DNA of 64,000 bases from Thermoanaerobaculia bacterium. Its GTDB lineage: Bacteria; Acidobacteriota; Thermoanaerobaculia; Gp7-AA8. The first letter of the stretch is position 1; each line of letters starts with the position of its first letter. Shown in pieces: positions 59,918 to 64,000 of this stretch. A model generated the notes under the pieces. The model searched no databases and was not told where the DNA came from. It was given only the letters and a program-made list of their open reading frames with translations. The stretch covers positions 16,416-80,415 of the forward strand of contig DASYJY010000155.1 of NCBI GenBank assembly GCA_035995985.1, given 5' to 3'. The position numbers and the translations under genes were made by a program.

Positions 59918-60238
59918 ATTCGCGGGCAGGAGGTAGATCACCTCGCCACGCTTCGACATGCCCAGGTCCTCGCGCGCGATGCGCTCCACGGCGAAGGTCG
60001 ACTTCTTCACGCTGTCGATTTCCGCGCGGAGGCGGGCGTTCTCTTTTTCCAGCTGACGGATCTCGGCGTTGAGCGACTCCATCCGTTTGCGCGACTGCTG
60101 CAACTCCGAGGTGGCGCGGCCGGTGACGAAGAGCGAGGCGATGCCGCCGAGGATAAGAATCGCCACGAGCATCACCGCGATACGGCGGATCGCTTGCGTG
60201 GCGCGGCGCGGAGAGCGCGTGGAGACGGCCGGCTGCAT
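59903..60238 (-). CDS. ftsB: FtsB/DivIC family septum formation initiator
   Basis: ATG 60238. One TM helix (IAVMLVAILILGGIASLF), then a coiled coil (LNAEIRQLEKENARLRAEIDS) and REDLGMSKRGEVIY. Confidence 0.75.
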   Translation of the reverse strand: MQPAVSTRSPRRATQAIRRIAVMLVAILILGGIASLFVTGRATSELQQSRKRMESLNAEIRQLEKENARLRAEIDSVKKSTFAVERIAREDLGMSKRGEVIYLLPANSEPH

Positions 60239-60282
60239 GTGTGAAGGTAGTGTCGCGGGTCGGTGCGACGGTGTCAACGCCG

Positions 60283-60288
60283 TATAAT
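60283..60288 (+). promoter_or_regulatory. perfect TATAAT box 8 nt upstream of the purB GTG
   Basis: cgTATAATtcgccgcgGTG. No SD. GTG 60297 is the only canonical start upstream of the conserved NERY segment. Confidence 0.4.
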
Positions 60289-60296
60289 TCGCCGCG

Positions 60297-61733
60297 GTGA
60301 CGCGCGACGCCGCACAGAACCCTCTCAACGAGCGGTACGCCTCGAAGGAGATGTCGTACCTCTTCTCCGCCGACTACAAATTCCGGACGTGGCGGAAGCT
60401 CTGGATTGCACTGGCCGAGGCGGAGAAAGAGTTGGGGTTGTCGATCAGCGATGCACAGATCGCCGAGCTGAAAGCCGTCGCGAACGACATCAACTACGCC
60501 GACGCCGAACGCCGCGAGCGCGAAATCCGCCACGACGTGATGTCGCATATTTATGCGTTCGGTCTCCAGGCGCCGTCCGCCAAAGGCATCATCCACCTCG
60601 GCGCGACCTCCGCCTTCGTCACCGACAACACCGACATCCTTCAGATGCGCGAAGCGCTCGGTATCATCCGTCGGCGCCTCATCAACCTGATGGCCAAGCT
60701 GCGCGACTTCGCCTGGAAATGGCGCGGCACACCGGCGCTGGCGTTTACGCACTTCCAGCCTGCGCAGCTGACAACCGTTGGTAAGCGCGGGACACTCTGG
60801 CTGCACGATCTGCTGCTCGATTTCCGCGAAGTCGACTTCCGCCTCTCCCAACTCGCGCTCCTCGGCGTGAAAGGTGCGACCGGCACGCAGGCGTCGTTTC
60901 TCAGCCTCTTCGATGGCGACGAATCGAAAGTGAATCGACTCGAACAGCTCGTCGCAGAAAAAGTCGGAATGCAGCGCAGCTATCCCGTTTCCGGGCAGAC
61001 GTATTCGCGCAAGGTCGACTCGCAGGCGGTCAACGTGCTCTCCGGTTTCGCGCAATCGGCGTCGAAGTTCGCGTACGACATGCGCCTGCTCCAGCACCTG
61101 CGCGAGATCGAGGAGCCGTTCGAAGCCGAGCAGGTCGGCTCGTCGGCGATGGCGTACAAGCGCAATCCGATGCGCGCGGAACGGATGGACGGGCTGGCGC
61201 GGCACCTCATCATCAACGCGCTCAATCCCGCGTTCACCGCCGCCACGCAATGGTTCGAACGGACGCTCGACGACTCCGCCAACCGGCGCATCGCAATCCC
61301 CGAGGCGTTTCTGGCGGCGGATGCGATCGCGCTGATCTATGACAACATCGCGGCCGGACTGGTCGTGCACGAAGAAGTGATCGCGGCCAACGTCCGGCGG
61401 GAGCTGCCGTTCATGATGACCGAGAACCTGATGATGGAAGGAACGCGGCGCGGCGGCGACCGGCAGGTGTTGCACGAGCGCGTACGCATCCATTCGCAGG
61501 CCGCGGCCGACGCGTTGAAGTCGGGCGCGAGCGAGAACGATCTGTTCGATCGAATCGCCGCCGACGAGCTGTTCGGCGTCGATCGGGCATCGATCGAGAA
61601 CCTGGCGCAGCCGGAAAATTACACTGGGCTTTCGAAGCAACAGACGGAACGTTTTCTCATCCAGGATGTCGATCCCATTCTCAACGCAGAGCGGTCACAT
61701 ATCGGAACAGAAGTCGGCGAGGTGCGGGTATGA
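60297..61733 (+). CDS. purB: adenylosuccinate lyase
   Basis: PLNERYASKEMSYLFS N-terminus. SSAMAYKRNP signature. Confidence 0.9.
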   Translation: MTRDAAQNPLNERYASKEMSYLFSADYKFRTWRKLWIALAEAEKELGLSISDAQIAELKAVANDINYADAERREREIRHDVMSHIYAFGLQAPSAKGIIHLGATSAFVTDNTDILQMREALGIIRRRLINLMAKLRDFAWKWRGTPALAFTHFQPAQLTTVGKRGTLWLHDLLLDFREVDFRLSQLALLGVKGATGTQASFLSLFDGDESKVNRLEQLVAEKVGMQRSYPVSGQTYSRKVDSQAVNVLSGFAQSASKFAYDMRLLQHLREIEEPFEAEQVGSSAMAYKRNPMRAERMDGLARHLIINALNPAFTAATQWFERTLDDSANRRIAIPEAFLAADAIALIYDNIAAGLVVHEEVIAANVRRELPFMMTENLMMEGTRRGGDRQVLHERVRIHSQAAADALKSGASENDLFDRIAADELFGVDRASIENLAQPENYTGLSKQQTERFLIQDVDPILNAERSHIGTEVGEVRV

Positions 61734-62683
61734 AACGAGTTCTCCTGTCGTTGGCCGCGGTGACACTGGCAGCATGTTCGATTAACCCCGCGCCCGATTC
61801 GAATCCAACACCGGCGCAGATCGCAGCGGCCAACGCGCCGACGTCGTCATCTGCAGCGACACCGCAAATGTCGGCGCACGGTCTGGCCGGCTGGGTCGGG
61901 CAGGAGTTCGCCGGACGGACGACCGCGAACGGCGAGATCTTCGATCCGATGCTGATGACGGCATCGCACCGCACGCTTCCGTTCGGAACGATGCTCGACG
62001 TTCACAACTCGAAGACGGGCCAGACGGTACGCGTCCGCGTGAACGATCGCGGACCCTACGTCGGCGACCGGCTGATCGACCTTTCGTACGCCGCGGCGCA
62101 ACAGATCGGCATCGCCGACAGCGGCGGCGGCGAGATCGACATCAATGTGGTCAAGATGGGCCGCGGCGATCGCGAGCCGCCTGCCGCGTTCAATGTGACG
62201 GTGCCCGACACGAGCGCCGTCGCGGCGACTCCGACTCCTGCTCCCGTTCCCGCGCCGGCGATGCCGCAACCGGCCGCGCCGGCCACCGTGGAGAGCGTTC
62301 AGGTAACCGAAGAACATGCGGGCGTCGAGACGCGGCGGCAGGTTGCCGCAAACGGCACCACGATCGAGGACGTGCCGGTGAAGACGTCGCCGCTACCGGC
62401 CACGCCGGCGCCCACTCCCCGCGTGACGCCACAGCCGCAACCGCAACCGCGCGCCACCATGCCGCGCACGGGACGTTACGTCGTCCAGGTCGGCGCGTTT
62501 TCGCAGGAAGCGAATGCGAAGGCGTTGCAGAAGAAGCTCGCCAGCATCGGCCAGGATGCGACGATCGATCACGCGTCGCTCTATCTCGTCCGCATCGGCC
62601 CGTTCGAAACGCGCGATCAGGCAGCGAGCGTCCGCGCGAAGCTGGAAGCGGCCGGCATCTCCGCGATCATCACGACGCAGTAG
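61730..62683 (+). CDS. rlpA: RlpA family septal lytic transglycosylase lipoprotein with C-terminal SPOR domain
   Basis: Lipobox TLAACS. DPBB region GRTTANGEIFDP...VRVNDRGPYV. SPOR region YVVQVGAFSQEANAKAL. ATGA overlap with purB. Confidence 0.85.
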   Translation: MKRVLLSLAAVTLAACSINPAPDSNPTPAQIAAANAPTSSSAATPQMSAHGLAGWVGQEFAGRTTANGEIFDPMLMTASHRTLPFGTMLDVHNSKTGQTVRVRVNDRGPYVGDRLIDLSYAAAQQIGIADSGGGEIDINVVKMGRGDREPPAAFNVTVPDTSAVAATPTPAPVPAPAMPQPAAPATVESVQVTEEHAGVETRRQVAANGTTIEDVPVKTSPLPATPAPTPRVTPQPQPQPRATMPRTGRYVVQVGAFSQEANAKALQKKLASIGQDATIDHASLYLVRIGPFETRDQAASVRAKLEAAGISAIITTQ

Positions 62684-62737
62684 CGCGACGGTGGTACACG
62701 GTAAACTTCGCTCGTCCAAACCGACGAGGTGAACGTG

Positions 62738-64000
62738 ATGACTTTCCGCGCCATTGCCGCGTTTTTCATAGCCGCGCTTCCGCTTGGGCTCGCTGCACAA
62801 ACGCCGCAGACGCCGAAAGCGATCGGCGAAGTCACTCTCTTCGGCGAAGAGCAGCTCAAAGTCGAAGCGGCGACGAAGACCGAGATCCCGATCTCCAAAG
62901 CGCCGAGCGCGGTCACGGTCGTCACGGCCAAGCAGATCGCCGAATCGGGCGCGCGCACCGTTCCGGATCTGCTCCGGCTCGTCGCCGGCGTCAACGTCCG
63001 CTGGAATCCGATGGTGCAGACCATCGACATTCGCGGGTTTGGCGAGAACCCGTTCTCGAATCGCATCCTGCTGCTCATCGACGGATTGCCGTACAACTCC
63101 GGCGACACGGGCGGACTGCCGCTCAGCCCCGCGTTCGATTTTTTTCCGGTGCAGAACATCAAGCGCGTCGAAGTCGTGCGCGGACCGGGATCGTCGCTCT
63201 ACGGCGAGAACGCGTACTGGGGCGTGATCAACATCGTGACGCTCTCCGGTGAGGATCTCGCCGGCGGCGACGTGCAACTCTACGGCGGCAGCCGCACGAC
63301 GGGCGAAGTCAGCGCGCAATTCGGGCAGCGCTTCAGCCGCGGCTCGATCCTCGGCGCGGTGCGATTCCTGCGCACGATGTTCCCGCAGGAGTTCTGGCTT
63401 GACGACCGCTCGAAGTTCCGCGCCTCGGACATTTTCCTGAAAGCCTCACTCGGCGACTGGCAGGCCTCGGCCTATCGGCACGACGATCGTCTCGACGGTT
63501 TCGACGAGGAGTTCCCGGCCGGCGTCGGCCTTCCGCCGACATCGGCGTTCGTGTCGGCCCACACGCTGAAGCAGACGATGGATGCGGTCACGCTGAAGTA
63601 CAACCACGCTCCGGCCGACGCGCCGGTCACGTATTCGGCGGACTTTTCGTGGTCGCATCGCTTCGGCATGCACTGCGCGGGATGTCACGCCGCGCAGGAG
63701 AAGCCGGAGTTCGCCAAGCCGGCCGACCACGGCTACCAGGCCATCGGCGATTTTCGCGCCGGCCTGCACATGATTCCCGGTCACGACATCCTCGCCGGCA
63801 TCGAAGCGCGACGTCTCGATCGCGCCGAGCACAAGGTCGAGTTGTCGGATGACGCGGAAGTGGTGGCCGGATACAACAAGGTCGCGGTCTACGCGCAGGA
63901 TCAATTCGACATCGTCAAGAACCTGCTTCGCGCGGTGGCGGGTGTCCGCTACGACGGCAGGACGAAGCTGTTCGACGCCAAGACGTCGCCGCGTTTGTCG
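62738..64000 (+). CDS. TonB-dependent receptor, 5' part (runs off right edge)
   Basis: Hand translation from ATG 62738 (GAGG SD): signal peptide MTFRAIAAFFIAALPLGLAAQ. Plug domain: VVTAKQIAESGARTVPDLLRLVAGV, IDIRGFG, LIDGLP, IKRVEVVRGPGSSLYGENA. The frame is open to 64000. Not in the ORF track because no stop codon lies in the window. Confidence 0.8.
   Translation, partial: MTFRAIAAFFIAALPLGLAAQTPQTPKAIGEVTLFGEEQLKVEAATKTEIPISKAPSAVTVVTAKQIAESGARTVPDLLRLVAGVNVRWNPMVQTIDIRGFGENPFSNRILLLIDGLPYNSGDTGGLPLSPAFDFFPVQNIKRVEVVRGPGSSLYGENAYWGVINIVTLSGEDLAGGDVQLYGGSRTTGEVSAQFGQRFSRGSILGAVRFLRTMFPQEFWLDDRSKFRASDIFLKASLGDWQASAYRHDDRLDGFDEEFPAGVGLPPTSAFVSAHTLKQTMDAVTLKYNHAPADAPVTYSADFSWSHRFGMHCAGCHAAQEKPEFAKPADHGYQAIGDFRAGLHMIPGHDILAGIEARRLDRAEHKVELSDDAEVVAGYNKVAVYAQDQFDIVKNLLRAVAGVRYDGRTKLFDAKTSPRLS

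Noticed and set aside
61790-61815. T-loop-like string (ttcgaatcc) that could hint at a tRNA gene.
   Set aside because: It lies inside the rlpA coding sequence. I could not build an acceptor stem or anticodon arm around it. I found no tRNA or rRNA anywhere in the window.

Overview
The window is 64 kb of GC-rich chromosomal backbone from a diderm bacterium. BamA, Skp, LpxD-FabZ-LpxA, a TonB-dependent receptor, RlpA and TatA are all present. An Acidobacteriota-like origin is only a guess. I support about 68 protein-coding genes, densely packed on both strands. I found no rRNA, tRNA, CRISPR array, transposase, integrase or prophage.

Recognisable blocks:
- ECF sigma, anti-sigma and a secreted protein (1-1950).
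- Envelope glycan genes (1961-4508).
- maeB followed by an ArsS-type radical-SAM pair (4687-8332).
- ffh, then the rpsP-KH-rimM-trmD-rplS-rnhB string, then a 962-aa TPR protein (8829-16050).
- Memo-glgA-GAF (19357-22109).
- NfeD, SPFH and an unknown gene (22635-25257), then dnaB.
- Isocitrate dehydrogenase (icd-like), cyclophilin and an rhlE-like helicase (29464-33645).
- bamA-skp-lpxD-fabZ-lpxA plus an oxidoreductase (35155-41585).
- eno, yigZ, acs (41717-45570).
- xseA-xseB-ispA-dxs-PIN-tlyA (49837-55492).
- rfbD, DUF4388, tatA, uvrD, ftsB, purB, rlpA and a TonB-dependent receptor that runs off the right edge.

I did not find a clear multi-gene novel system. The strongest candidates for follow-up are:
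1. A PIN (VapC-like) toxin gene sits between dxs and tlyA with overlapping start and stop codons at both ends. It has no separate antitoxin ORF. Instead, Dxs carries a ~50-aa antitoxin-like tail in frame, with the same A/T-richer codon usage as the PIN gene.
2. A perfect 28-nt inverted repeat is built from GGGACGA heptamers. It can form either a hairpin or a G-quadruplex. It lies inside the first ~34 codons of the oxidoreductase gene after lpxA.
3. TANNNT hexamers recur 6-10 nt upstream of start codons that lack a Shine-Dalgarno sequence. There are perfect TATAAT boxes before eno and purB. This suggests widespread leaderless mRNAs and fits several head-to-head gene pairs with 0-30 nt between them.
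4. A ~137-nt AT-rich, rare-codon patch covers the catalytic core of a kinase gene.

All family assignments come from reading motifs by eye. No database search was run.
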